DNA from: Phoronis australis | Taxonomy: Eukaryota; Animalia; Phoronida | Length of the DNA: 64,000 nt | Assembly (NCBI GenBank): GCA_002633005.1 | Contig: NMRA01000254.1 | Span: forward strand, 62,001-126,000 | Direction of reading: 5' to 3' | Shown here: positions 27,339 to 39,446 of the stretch, piece by piece | Layout: the number at the start of each line of letters is the position of its first letter | Position numbering within the stretch: position 1 is the stretch's first letter | Program-made: the position numbers and the translations under genes | Notes under the pieces: generated by a model | Databases searched by the model: none | What the model was told of the DNA's origin: nothing | The model's input: only the letters and a program-made list of their open reading frames with translations

Positions 27339-28051
27339 CATCGCGAACATAAACCAGCTTAAGTTGGAAACTAAACCTCCAGTCACAATGTGCACGTAAT
27401 TATTTATAAGAATTAGCCACGAAACTGAAAATCGACCTACTTACTTGTGGGGGGCCGCGATGTCGGGTTCCCCTTTCCACAGACCGTCAGGGCAAAGGTT
27501 GTACAGTAACAATGATTTGAATAATGTATTTGTATTTCTAAATAAAGATTCCCCTAACATGTGACCATAGCATAAAATCGAGTAATTGTTTCACAACGGC
27601 TTTCTGTCTGAATTAGCATACGCTCAAACGGCCTCGGTGCCTGGTCAATTACCTTTGTTGCGGGCATCAAAAGCCGGTAGTGAAGTGATTTATTCATTGC
27701 TGGCTTCTCAAAACATTTGCACTCACGAGCACTCCAGAGCATTAGAAATTGTATCTAATGAGGCAGACTTTGTTTCAGTTTCATATAAGCATTGGTTAGG
27801 ATGAGAATAATTCATTTTGAAACAGAACGCAGAATAATAAACGTCTACTAATAAACGGCAACTCGCCCTGTGCCAATCCTGACTTAGTCAAGAGCTCGGG
27901 TGACGAAGACTTCACGGGTCGGATCGTTAGGTTTCACAGGTTATCAGTTCGAATCGGAATACACTGATCAAGAAATACTATAGAGGCGTCGTGAACATGC
28001 ACAGGCAACGGAACATATGGATAGTTCTTTGGTAAGCCGGAATTCGTCGCA

Positions 28052-28255
28052 GAAATCACTGTCGACGAAATGCCGGCCACAGACACGGAGATGTTTCATG
28101 GCCTCATACTTGCTATTAACAGCCTACTTTTCGTTCTTCACTACCGCGAGCCACTTCCTAAGCATTACGGGATCTCGAGGAAGTCGAAAAAACGATATAC
28201 CTGCTTTCTTCGCAGCTTCATAGTTCAGACAAGCGGGAACGATGCACCGCAATAT
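28052..28255 (-). pseudogene. THAP zinc-finger remnant of a transposase
   Basis: Translates RCIVPACLN..GISFFRLPRDPVMLRKWLAVV..*..HLRVCGRHFVDSDF, giving the C2CH THAP signature; in-frame stop at 28124-28126. Confidence 0.8.
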
Positions 28256-29795
28256 AGCGTCATTCACTCTGCAGACGAACCACTGACATCGCTGCGTCGT
28301 TTCTCACCTTCCTCACAGGTTAACGTGACACCTCTCGGCAAGGTGAGGTCGACCGTATATGAGGCGATGTGGATATCGACCGATTAAGACGGTAAAAAAG
28401 ACTTTAAGTCGGGTGGCATTCTCCTTTAATTTATTAAGAACAGGTCAGCACTCTCTAGTTTTTGATTAAATGTGAGGCACAATGTCTCCAGCTGTTGGTT
28501 TTCATTTTGAGACTGACTTCTTTCTTGTGATCAAATAGCTAAAACTTTATCGTGCTCCCTCATTTGTGAATGTATCTCATGGTCTTGTGCTACGCCCCCT
28601 AAAGACGATTTGATTTAGTTCATAGTACAGTAAACATGGCAATTGTGCCGTATTTTTATAGCCAGTTTGATGCCTTTATTCAGTGGAGAAACTGGTTCTC
28701 AAAATTGGGGCACGTTATCTGCGACCATCAACATAAACATCACCCATGGGTAACTTGTTTGTAGTGCAAAAGTGTCAAATGATGGAGGTCGAAAGAAATG
28801 CTACCTGGAAAGCACTGTTGTTTTCTACATAATACATTAATATTATTTATTAGTTGAAAGCATTTTACAGAGTTTAAGGGATTATATTGTGGGATAGCAC
28901 CATTATGAAAAGGTGAAGTTTTATAGAAACTCCTCACTCACTTGTCCCTATTAAATGTGCTGAAAGGGTAGATATTGTAATTTTCCTGTAACACACTCTG
29001 TTAAAATATCTCTTGAGTACGGCAGTTCTCTGCCTATTTAGCACAGTCGCCTTATTTTGCAAACCAAAAATTTTGAAAAATAATATTTTATCCCTCATTT
29101 ACGCATTAGGCTTAGTAGGGGGAATGTGTTACCTCACCAATTCGTACACAGTCAGTTTTGCACTTTAGAAAATGTCAATGCAAAGCCCTGTTATTGTTAC
29201 TAGAAAATAGTACCTGCATCTCTTTAACTGTGTTAATAAGCCTTGAACATTAAATATTCACCACTTAATTCATCCAGCTATGCGGGATATCATGCTGTCA
29301 GGGTAACATGCTGTCGTTTTCATGTAGTGATTGGAGATGACCTGGATGTGTTTTGTGTCACTCAAGAGTCTTATGGCCAAAAAGTTTGTTCCCAAATATA
29401 GGGTAAAATGTTCTTATATTGGAACAGGATAAGAAACTTCTTAATTACTGTTCATTGGATCACGTTGGCTGCGTTTCATTTAATTTACACACAGGCAGTT
29501 GGGAATGCTCAGGTGACTCAGCTAGTTTCCCACAGCCCTCAACTACAAAGTCTGCACATTCACTTGATTTGACACACCCCAGTTATCAGGAAAATTTATT
29601 TGCTTTGTGCAAAGAAACGGAGAATTACCATACTTGTGGGCCAAATTCGTAGTCTGTTTACAATATCAACAGTCAAAAACCTTTAGCAAAACATGTGACC
29701 ATGAATGTATCATTTTTTCTTCCTAGGAATTTAACCGTCGAATGTATTGCTTCTTTCATAATGTTTTTGGTTATCTTTATGTTATGCAATTTCAG

Positions 29796-29906
29796 GAAAC
29801 CTGTTCTGTAACAGATCAAAGAGCTTCCCAAATAAAACGAAAGAACCTTTTTGTTCCTGTGCCTAAAACGTCAAACAATGTAAGAGAATTTGTCAAGTCC
29901 TTGAAG
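29796..29906 (+). CDS. Probable spectraplakin exon (ETCSVTDQ...VREFVKSLK)
   Basis: aatttcag| and AAG|gtgagt (alternative donor after 29879), phase 0-0; sequence is divergent. Confidence 0.55.
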
Positions 29907-30272
29907 GTGAGTTCACCGGTCAACTTCTTGCTCGCAGTGACTCGTCACGATAGTGTATCTCTGGAAATTTACAATGTATTGGTAAAGTCCTTGTTAGCTT
30001 TCCACACACCCGAATTTTATGCGAAAAAAGCGAGGTCACGCAAGGCCTCGGAAAATCACGAAAGCGAAGTACGGGTGTTTTGCAAGTATGCTTGGGAGCT
30101 TACCGACGTAACCTTGGAAAATGACGGCCACTGAAGTGATTGTTTGATAAGGTTGGAAACTGAACCATGGGATAGAATTCGTATTAATTACGGGGCGGAA
30201 TTCACGGCAAGTGTATTGTCACTGTTTTGGTTAGAACTACGCAATGCAACCCTTTGGTTTACTTGTCTCTAG

Positions 30273-30324
30273 TTCTGCATTCCATACAACTCCCATACGG
30301 CCATCCATTTAAATACCCAGTTTG
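30273..30324 (+). CDS. Possible small exon (FCIPYNSHTAIHLNTQF)
   Basis: tctctag| and TTG|gtgagt; phase not reconciled with the 32013 exon. Confidence 0.35.
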
Positions 30325-30599
30325 GTGAGTGTTTTTGACAGATACTTCATGGCATTCTTTTCTCACGAGTTTTAAAGCTGCTGCAGTTTGCCCTGTTTAG
30401 GTGGCTGAAAAACGAAAATGAAAGTAGGCCTTGTAGTTACTCTCATAAAATCGGATTTGTGATATTCCATGGTCTGTACTGTAATAGGATTCTGAATCTT
30501 TTATCAATACAAGGCACCGGCAATGTACTCACAGGCCATTTTCAAATTTGCAATTTTTGGGTGTGACAACCACAATAAACCCTGAATCGTTTTCTCCAG

Positions 30600-30650
30600 T
30601 CACTGATAGTTTGACGTTATTGTTGGTAACGGAAACAGAATCCTATCAAG
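30600..30650 (+). CDS. Possible small exon (TDSLTLLLVTETESYQ)
   Basis: ttttctccag| and AAG|gtaagg; open only as phase 1-1. Confidence 0.35.
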
Positions 30651-31021
30651 GTAAGGAATATTATAACAACGATTTTGTGAGACTGAAAGGTCTACTGTGG
30701 TTTTATTTTTAGACACCCGGACAGGTTAAAATGCAGCTTTGAATTAACGTTTTAGGTGACATTGTATCGTTCTCACTATGAGGAAGTGGGAGTTAAAGTG
30801 GATTGTAATTCTTTTCTAAAGAATACATTTTTTATGGATTGATCTTGATGTTTTTGTATTGTGCATGTCATTTCTCAAAAGTACCTCACAAAACTGTGTT
30901 TGTCAAAGAATTAGTCTTGCGAATTTTATTATTACAGTCTCACCTCTTTGTTGTTTACTCACGTCAAACTATCGATTCCTTGAATCCCAAGCCAACTGCA
31001 CTGTATACACGTTGCTTCAGT

Positions 31022-31482
31022 TTAAGGTTTTGTAGGAACCTAGAAAAGTGTCCAAATTTAGTTAACTTCCAAACATCATATTCCAGAAATGGCTGTTCAG
31101 ATTCATGTGAAACTTTTAGATATTGGGTTTTATATACTGCTCTCCAAGATGTTGTTGGGAATCGTTTTTTAAATGATCCTTTTTTCCATGAGGGACTGTC
31201 AAAAACAGGAATGAAATGATTATAAAACTGTAACAGCATTTTCGAGATCTTATCTTGAATATTAATTATATATGATATTGTTGATCTGTTGCTTTGCAGT
31301 CACTTTTCCTTTCTTTTTTGCAAAGTTTTACTAAAAGGACATAGTCACATGACCTTATTTATGGCAGGTTGTTAAAAAGTCAAACATCAAATTCTATAGA
31401 CTTTCTACTTTCACAAAATACATCCTTATGCTCGGATAAAAATCTGTAGTTTTGTAGATATTTTGCTAAATGTGTAGCCTTG
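31022..31482. mobile_element. ~500-bp dispersed non-autonomous DNA element (TAAGGTT.. family)
   Basis: Aligns by eye with 61539-62052 and 46418-46730; partial copies at ~24720-24880, ~36860-36960 and ~54612-54690 (reverse). Confidence 0.65.
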
Positions 31483-32012
31483 TCAATAATGTTCTTAATA
31501 TCCATAAATGAACTTCAGTTACAATGGATACTTTAGAGAGTTCCCGCGAGAGTGCATCGTAACACACTTTGAATGGAGCACAAAATTCACTTTGTATGAT
31601 CTTCCTGCGTGTCTCTGTGAATCTCGACTTGGAATATAAGGAGTAAATAGTCAATCAAATCTTCAAAACACACTGCAAGCACGAGACATGACTATATATC
31701 AACAGCACTCATAAAACTTTGTACCGATGACCTTTGACCTGCCCTTACTTTTATTATCATTCTGTCACTTATGGAGGGCGTCTTTCCTCATCTACTTAAA
31801 ATTGCAAAAGTAATTCCAGTCTTCCGACAAAATGATCTTGACGACTCTGTTTTACCCAGCTATCGTCTGATATCATACATGTCACTGTAAGTTGCGCTTA
31901 GTAAGTATGAATGACTCGTGTAGATGCATGACTTTGTGAATGGAGAAATAAACTATCTATCTATCTATCTCTGTCTGCCGTATTATTAGTTGCCATATTT
32001 AACTATTCACAG

Positions 32013-32108
32013 GAATGTAGTTCTGCCGTCCACAGTCAGTGGGCCTGGCTGCGGGAGCTTCAACAATGCGCCATGATTCACATGAACAATGCGGCGCAAT
32101 ATCATAAG
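32013..32108 (+). CDS. Spectraplakin exon, plakin repeat (ECSSAVHSQWAWLRELQQCAMIHMNNAAQYHK)
   Basis: Matches the plakin motif QW.W...L..C...H....A.Y; cacag| and AAG|gtaaga. Confidence 0.88.
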
Positions 32109-33017
32109 GTAAGAGGACATCTTATGACTAACACTAGATATACATGGCACAGTTGACACGGCGCGAGTTGACACAGTGCTCAAAAAGTAACGAACCTGTC
32201 AATTATGATTGAGCTTAATTTTTAGCAGTCAAATTGCCAGCTTTTCATTAAACTCGAAAGCACTTCTTATTTGAGTATGTAACAGATTGTGACTAATTTT
32301 ATTGTGATAAGTGGTCAGTATTCCCCCAACCCACGTGTCCTTGCATTCTTTAACTATAGATACCGTAATATTTCATCGGTGTCCGTGGAAAAGTCTGGAA
32401 CGTTGCCAGTGACCTAATTTGCCAATGAGCCCTACGCGCTTGTGGAAAGAAATCTAAAGTTTGTGAATCTCGACAAAGTTGGTACAAAAACATGATTGAG
32501 AAACATTGAAATAGGAATGTTGTTACAGAGAAAAAGTTTCACTGCTTCATTGAATCATTAGTCTTCATTAATGAAGCATTTTACTCTCATAAAATCATTT
32601 TCATATTATCTGTTACCATCATAGAATTCCATTTCCGTTACCAGCTCAAAGTCACAGTCAATGTATGTACAGACCATCTTTGAATTGCCAATATTTGAGT
32701 TGACCAATAAACTCTGAAGTGTTTTCTTGAGTCACATTGAGTTTCAATGTTCTTGTTAGTAACGTAAGAATCCTTTCATTGTCAGGAATGTTATGAGATT
32801 GATTTTATTAGAGTAAGAGGTATCACTATGATTCGATTTTCGTTTTTAGCCCAGCTGCTAAACAGGGTGAAGTGTAGTTTCTGTATTGCAATTGAATTTT
32901 GTCACCTGTTATTGTTCATCCATATTTCTTGTTGTGAACCCAAAAATACCTTTTAATTCATCACTTCAAGAGAAACGTCATTTTGTGCTCTTTTTTAACC
33001 CTGCCCCTTCATTTCAG

Positions 33018-33137
33018 TTCTTCCTTGATGTCGATCATTGCCAACAGGGGCTTGAGTCTCTCATCATGTGGTTTAACAAGAAGCTGAAGTCACGTAATGA
33101 GTTGATGACCTTTGACATAATTTTAGAAGACTTGACA
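33018..33137 (+). CDS. Spectraplakin exon (FFLDVDHCQQ...ILEDLT)
   Basis: Plakin FF.DV motif; atttcag| and ACA|gtaagt, 120 nt. Confidence 0.87.
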
Positions 33138-33407
33138 GTAAGTCAGTATGCCTTGTAAACCTGTTTTGGTAATGTTTATCTTCTTATTAATATCAGAGGA
33201 ATGTCACTAAAATAAAAGTCACTAGTCATCATGAAAGACGTCTAAATTAGTGTAAATATTTTATCGATATAATATGTTTCTGTTAGTGGGATTTGTTCGT
33301 CTACAAATTCCTTGATCATTGAAAATACTCATCCCCAGAGATAAAAATGAATAATATTTCCGTCGCCTTACTATTTTACCTCTCATGTTGCTTATGATTT
33401 GTTTTAG

Positions 33408-33554
33408 AACATCTTATTAACGCTTCTTGAACAACAAGACAAGGTGGATGAGCTGATCTGTTGTGTTAGTTCCATAGTGCCCATCAGGTGGCGGTTTCAG
33501 CAGCCCACAAAAGATGTCCAAGTCACAGCGCTGGCTGATTATCACGATGATGAG
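33408..33554 (+). CDS. Spectraplakin exon, start of SH3 insert (...IVPIRWR...VTALADYHDDE)
   Basis: SH3 AL.DY motif; gttttag| and GAG|gtaaac, 147 nt. Confidence 0.88.
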
Positions 33555-34325
33555 GTAAACCAAGTTTCATACGGTGCGAGACAAAAGCAATGAGACAAAA
33601 GTATTTTCCAACTAATTCTGTTAACATCAAAAATGTGTAGTAAATTTCTAATTACTTAATGGCGTAATTACATTACTAACATACCTTTCTTTCTCACACA
33701 TGAGGGAAGACAGTCCTGATGAGGAACTCAGCTTCCACCCTGTAGTCATGACGGGAATTTTCCGTGTCATTTTGTCTCAATACTTTTGGCTCACTCTGTA
33801 GCTTGTTATCACTCTGAAGTGTCTATTTTAGATCTTATCGTTAAAGTTGTTCGGAAAATTATGTTTTCATGTGTAATGCAATTCTAATGCTTTTGTTTGT
33901 GGTTTGGGCGTATTCTTCCAACAAACAAATTAGTCATTGTTAACACTTAAAGCTGTATTTGGAACGATACTACTAGTGGTGCTCTCTGGTTGAAGGGGAG
34001 CTACATTTAGATTGTGGCCGTCAGACAGGTTCTCTCGTTGTTCTTTCAGTGAGGTTTCATTTTCTACAGCTATGCGAGACGTCTTCATAGTTTAAAACTT
34101 TTTCCTGAACCGTTGTCGAGTACACTATTAGGAATATTCATGGATACTCCTGACAACCTTGTGCAGGTTCATACTAAGCACTTGCACATGACATGGTGAC
34201 TAGGCTGATGCCCATTCCACAATTTTTCACCAATTAAATTCTAATTGCTCACACTTGAATTTAGTTATCTTCTAGCTGTTGAATAAAACCATGAATTGAC
34301 AAATTATTTCTTTGTCTTTCCACAG

Positions 34326-34385
34326 AATATTGTCACAGAAGGTGAAGCCTACACACTATTGGACAACAGTGATACGTTTTGGAAG
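34326..34385 (+). CDS. Spectraplakin exon, SH3 (NIVTEGEAYTLLDNSDTFWK)
   Basis: SH3 GE...LLDNS...WK motif; cacag| and AAG|gtaagg. Confidence 0.88.
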
Positions 34386-34529
34386 GTAAGGAAATTCTGT
34401 AATTTTGTGTACCTCATGGTACATACAAGACACAACATAACCTAAATGTAACAATCTTCCTCTGTCACGATAATACAGACTAGCAACATTGTGTATTGAA
34501 CCGTACATTGCATCACCCTCCCTCTTCAG

Positions 34530-34621
34530 GTAAAAGACAGGTCAGGCCAAGAGTTATCTGCCCCTGGTGCCTTGTTTCTCATTCCACCTGTGGACAGGGA
34601 AGCCGTCGATGGTCTGCACAG
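34530..34621 (+). CDS. Spectraplakin exon, end of SH3 (VKDRSGQELSAPGALFLIPPVDREAVD)
   Basis: Plakin P...F.IPP...EA motif; phase 0-2. Confidence 0.88.
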
Positions 34622-35055
34622 GTGAGTACAAAGAGTGACAGTCGTGATCTTAGTGCAATAAATATTTTTTCTGCTTTCACACCAACCAATGTGTCTTTTA
34701 CTTTTACATTTTGTGTCTGTGCCTATGTCACCTGGAAAATTTCGAAACAACCACTAGGGTATTATTTATAGCCATTTGAGAATATCGTCTTGATTTGTGT
34801 TACGTCTGCAATAACGAAAAATGAAATAGTACACTGTTGTTTTTATGACTTAAGTATTTCTGTAGTGGTACCCTGGGTGATGTTACAGAAACTGGGTTAA
34901 TGTAAGAGAACATACACACAAGAAGTGGGCTTGAAAATGGAAATTGCAATTCAAAGTGAACCCTTAAGATTCTTATTACCCTTTTTGTAACACCATTTTC
35001 TGATTGGTATCTTGAAACCACCTGTATCTAATACAAGAAGAATTATCTGTTACAG

Positions 35056-35161
35056 TCTACGGGGCTTGCTGAAGTCTGTCTGGAGACTGGCTGTTAAGGT
35101 ATTTCGGGCTCTGATTGTACCCCTGATGACTGAGAGGATGAGAGACACATCACTACAGAAG
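35056..35161 (+). CDS. Spectraplakin exon (LRGLLKSVWRL...SLQK)
   Basis: ttacag| and AAG|gtactg, phase 2-0, fits neighbouring exons. Confidence 0.8.
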
Positions 35162-35171
35162 GTACTGCTAA

Positions 35172-35386
35172 CAATGGCAGATTTAGGAGTGGCTGAGGAG
35201 ACCCTCCCCCATTGGCTGCTGACAAAAAATAAATAGTAAAAATGATGCTGTAATAAATTATGGCATTTATTATGTTGCAGCCAGTTGTGGGCGTGCTCTT
35301 TTGTGTATGCGTGTTTGGGGGGGAGGCCCAGTTTTCACAAAATAAAAATTGTTAGGCCCCCTCATGATACCCTAGATCTGCCACTG
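35172..35386. mobile_element. MITE with CA(A/G)TGGCAGAT TIRs
   Basis: CAATGGCAGATTTAGG versus the reverse complement of CCTAGATCTGCCACTG (14/16). Confidence 0.65.
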
Positions 35387-36559
35387 GTTAAAGTGTGTTA
35401 TGATTATGAGCTATTTGGTTTCTGAATGAAAGTCGTTTTGATGTTTCAGAGCTGCTTATCAACAGCTGAAAATGCTTTGTTGTCTCTGGTTATAAAAGTT
35501 CAATTGATGCCACTATTATTCCGAAGTCACTGATGGTACTGTAGTTACTGTAGTGTCTTGCTGTATCAAGAATCAAGTTTTAATAAAGGTTCAGTGTTTA
35601 GCGGCCTTTAGTGGAGTGCATTGTATATGCAGGGCTTGGAATTTTGCTCTTTTGAGAAGATTTCTTCTTTTTTGGTTTCGATTTCCTGATTTTTTGATTT
35701 CCAGTTTCCTCTCTGTCAGTCTCTTTTTTACCATTATTTTGACTATATCCATGCAAAAATGTTTACTTCATTAAAATTTAATAACACAAATAATTTCTAT
35801 TTCACAAGCCTAATATTTAATTTTTGGAACAATACTTGTACTTTTTCCTCTTTTTAGTCACTGGTCATTCCAAACCCTGTATATGTTTCTTTGAGAAGGC
35901 CGTAAGCTTCAACTCTGCCTTGGCAGTAATGTAACATGCTAGACCCTACTCCTGGGCTGTGTTTACTAAGTTTTATAATCCTTGATTTTTTAACGAAAAA
36001 TGTTAGTGTTGTGTTCTATCAGCTTATTATAACGAATCGCGGTAATATTCGACAAGCACTTTGTCAAGATTCTTAAATCATCCAGATATGATTCCTTCAA
36101 TCATGGAAAATCTGAAGTGCTATATTTCAATTTAAATAATTTCTGTGACAAATTGAATGAAATAACCAAGACTTACCATAAACTTTTTACGCATAGCGAG
36201 AGAGATATTCACAAAGGATTATGGGATAACATTCATCTGAGCAGCATCACCGACAAACGTAGATGTGCAATCTGTAGAGATCACTTAATTTTGACAACAT
36301 TTCAAGTTGTCAGAGTTGCAGTGCAGGTAGAATCTATCCAATATCAACTACCTGCTTACCGAGCAGACGATAGGCTTTATTTTACTATCTTGATTCTGAA
36401 TTGGATGACTTAAATCCTACAATTCTGGTTTTGGAAGCGCAGCCATTGTGGTTTTCGCTATTCATAAAAATATCAATTGAAGTGCATACGTGTCCCAGTA
36501 CAATAGCCTCACTACTTGTGAGCCACGTGACTTTTAGTTGCATTGCACTCTCAATGTAG

Positions 36560-36740
36560 GTCACCAGTTTAGACAGGGACGGTAGAGACATTGTCCTCAA
36601 TCATCTGCACGATATGGTAGAGAAACTGGAGCCCCACCTGGTGGCGAAGGACAAGGTGTGGCAACAGGCGTATGTGGATTTCAGTGAGGTGTTCCAGGAC
36701 CTCTATAGAGGCATTCATGAAAACCGTGAGATACAGCAAG
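36560..36740 (+). CDS. Spectraplakin exon (VTSLDRDGRD...ENREIQQ)
   Basis: tgtag| and AAG|gtaagt, phase 0-1, open. Confidence 0.82.
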
Positions 36741-37292
36741 GTAAGTCAACTGTGGTCACACAGTGAGCTAGGGATCAATTGACAGCTCCATCTAGTGTTC
36801 AAGCATGTTACTATGCTATTCCTAATGGATCTGTCTGCCTTATTACTTTCAGTACATAAAATGACAACCCACAAAATTCAGCTTTTTGAGGCTATGTAGA
36901 AAATGTATAATTTTTAAATTGAATTCTAGTTTTTATAAGTTTGGCTAAATGTACAGACCTGCTGAGAATGGATCACGTACCCAAAGGACTTCTTCATATA
37001 TCATTTATCGTTTCGTCCGAGCAAATCCTAATTCTTATGCTACTAACTAAAGGTTCTTAATTTTGTGGAAGTAGCGAGTTAGTGCTTCGATGTGAAAGTT
37101 GTGAATTGAGTGCTTTTCACTTTATATTTTATGTCGTTAGGGGTTGAAGTATTGTCACGCATATGGGCTGTCTTTTTAGAGGACTTAGTGATTACAAGTT
37201 CAAATGTATAGAGTGAGCTTATGTTTACGGTAGTCTGTGGTTGCATGTGTTTGAATATCCGTCTCATTTTCACAATTTTAATGCACTTACAG

Positions 37293-37363
37293 TGAATGAC
37301 TATAATCCTGAGGCAGTCAAGCAAGAGTGGGATGAAGTAGGAAAAGTTATCAGAAAATTTGAG
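37293..37363 (+). CDS. Spectraplakin exon (NDYNPEAVKQEWDEVGKVIRKFE)
   Basis: cttacag| and GAG|gtaagt, phase 1-0. Confidence 0.8.
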
Positions 37364-37777
37364 GTAAGTATCGGCTTCTGTTTAGCGACAAAACTTTCTG
37401 TGAAAGCAGTACTGTAGAACTGGTTAAAGCCCCGTCACGGTGTCTGTAGGAACTGACCACACCCACTTGTGGAGCATGATGACCAAGACATCCGTGACCA
37501 CAACTTTTACTTTCCCCATCAGCGACTGAGCCATTGCTTTTTAGGTTTAGTCCCGGATACCATTCTGCAAGATGGTACTTTGTAAAATTTTGCATGTGTC
37601 CATGTTGTTAAAATAATGCGAGTTTTAAAAATGATTTCTTCAGCTGTCCTACTGAATTTTCAAATCAAATAACTTTTGGCATTACCTGTAACAAACAAAT
37701 GTGTGGTTTCCTGTGTGTTGATATTTCATGCACCTTAGTCGTCAACAAAACGTGTTACCAAATGTGTTACTTTGCAG

Positions 37778-37899
37778 GATCTCTGCATGTATGCTGACTG
37801 TTCTGAAGATTCCTTGAATGAGTCGTTCCAGTCTCACTCACATGTATTAACCGATCAGGAAGGAGGGGAGAGATTTGTCACCAAGGCGTACATTGACAA
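37778..37899 (+). CDS. Spectraplakin linker exon (DLCMYADCSED...TKAYID)
   Basis: tttgcag| and CAA|gtatgt, phase 0-2. Confidence 0.78.
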
Positions 37900-37960
37900 G
37901 TATGTTCATAGTCCTTAATTGTGCCTTACATTGGATTTGTTTTTGTCATGTTTGTGGCAA

Positions 37961-38059
37961 TAGTCACTTACAGGGATTCCGAATTTTGTGAACCAGTTTG
38001 GTGCCTGTTATTCAGTGCGCAAAACTGGTTCTCAAAGTGTGGGACACCTGTAAGTTAAT
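37961..38059. mobile_element. ~100-bp palindromic MITE (copies at 60001-60100 and ~28630-28715)
   Basis: TAGTCAC.. start; internal GAACCAGTTT..AAACTGGTTC palindrome is shared among copies. Confidence 0.65.
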
Positions 38060-38518
38060 CATAAGGGTCCAGAAAATGCATCAGATTTGGTTGTGCTTCA
38101 GAGTGAATGTATCTCCATACTGACAAAGTGGGTTTTTCTTGTGCTTTTATCATAGAACTGGGTTTGAGGTATATTGAAGATTATTGTCACTGTCAAGATA
38201 GGACTAATGTACTGTCTAATGTATGATTGAGTCAAAAGACGTAAGGCTAAAGTTTGATGAGAGTTCAAATGACAATCGTCAAAAAGGTATCTCTGTTAAA
38301 CCTGTTACCTAATTGGCCTGGGTATAACGTGATAAGAAATCCCAGGTAAGTTCTCATATAAAAAAGCAACAGGTACAGAAATTACAATGCATAACCATTG
38401 TCACTCCCAGGAGCACTAATAGGGAATTGTGGGTAAGTCATTAAAGAAAAAGCATCAGGCACAGGAAGTTTTGCATTATTTACGTAACCTTTCTTACTGC
38501 CTTGATATTCCGTTTCAG

Positions 38519-38842
38519 GATGAAACCGTTAGAATTCAACCATGTCATCCCTGTTGAGATAGAGCATCCACCTCCGGAAGAAGATGTGATGTACATCCAC
38601 GAAAAGCACCCTTCCCAAGAGGAGGTGCTGTCATCCGTCACTGAGGAGATAGCGGAACGAATCATACTTGAAAATATTATCGAGACGGAGGTTGTTGAAG
38701 ACGTATTCTCACATCAAACGGTGAACGAGACCATGAAGTGGTGTATTACTGGCGTGATTGACCCGAGTAACAGCAACAATGTGATAAGTTTGTTCGACGC
38801 CGTGGAGAAAGGAATACTTGATCAACAGAATGGTATCTATAG
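38519..38842 (+). CDS. MACF1: Spectraplakin exon: acidic linker plus first plectin repeat
   Basis: ITGVIDPSNSNNVISLFDAVEKGILDQQNGIYR; tttcag| and TAG|gtacgc, phase 2-2. Confidence 0.92.
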
Positions 38843-39446
38843 GTACGCTATGCAGAGGTTTTGTATTAAACAACCTTTTTTTGGTAATGTAGCTTTTGCC
38901 AAAATTTTGTTTCCCACCATAATGGGTATTGACCTCTCATGAGTAGTCATGGCGGGCCATTGCAGGTACTCTGATGGTTAATGACGCTAATCCTCTCATT
39001 TGTCATGATAAGGAATTCTATCTGTGCTCAGGGGTCACGATCGGGGTATTTCTGATTGTTTTTGGCTTTTACTCTACCTTGGCTTGTGACCACCAACCTT
39101 TACTCAAGGCGCTACTCAATAATTGGCCAATTGCTTGGCACGCTTTGAGTAAACTTTCCCACGATGATTTTACACTATGTGATTGGTCAATTTTCAAGTT
39201 CTGTCTGAAGTCAAGTTTGTTGGTTAGATAATAATTGGTGTAATGTTTCGTTATAATGCACTGTTTTTATTTTTTAGAACTCTATTAGATAAAATATAGT
39301 TACAATAAATAATATTGGCATGGAAAACACTGAAAAGTATTACATTTAAGTGTAGTGCGGTATTGATAACCCGAGGCCCATTTTATCAATTTAGTTCTTA
39401 AGACCAGAGTCAGTCACAGCTCTAAGTTTAATTTGCTCACTCTTCA

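Larger units (their letters stand above)
26786..28425 (-). mobile_element. Kolobok-type non-autonomous DNA transposon with TTAA TSD and THAP remnant
   Basis: TTAA|AGGAGAATGCTACCC ... GGGTGGCATTCTCCT|TTAA (14/15 TIR match); a THAP-like peptide lies on the - strand. Confidence 0.82.
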
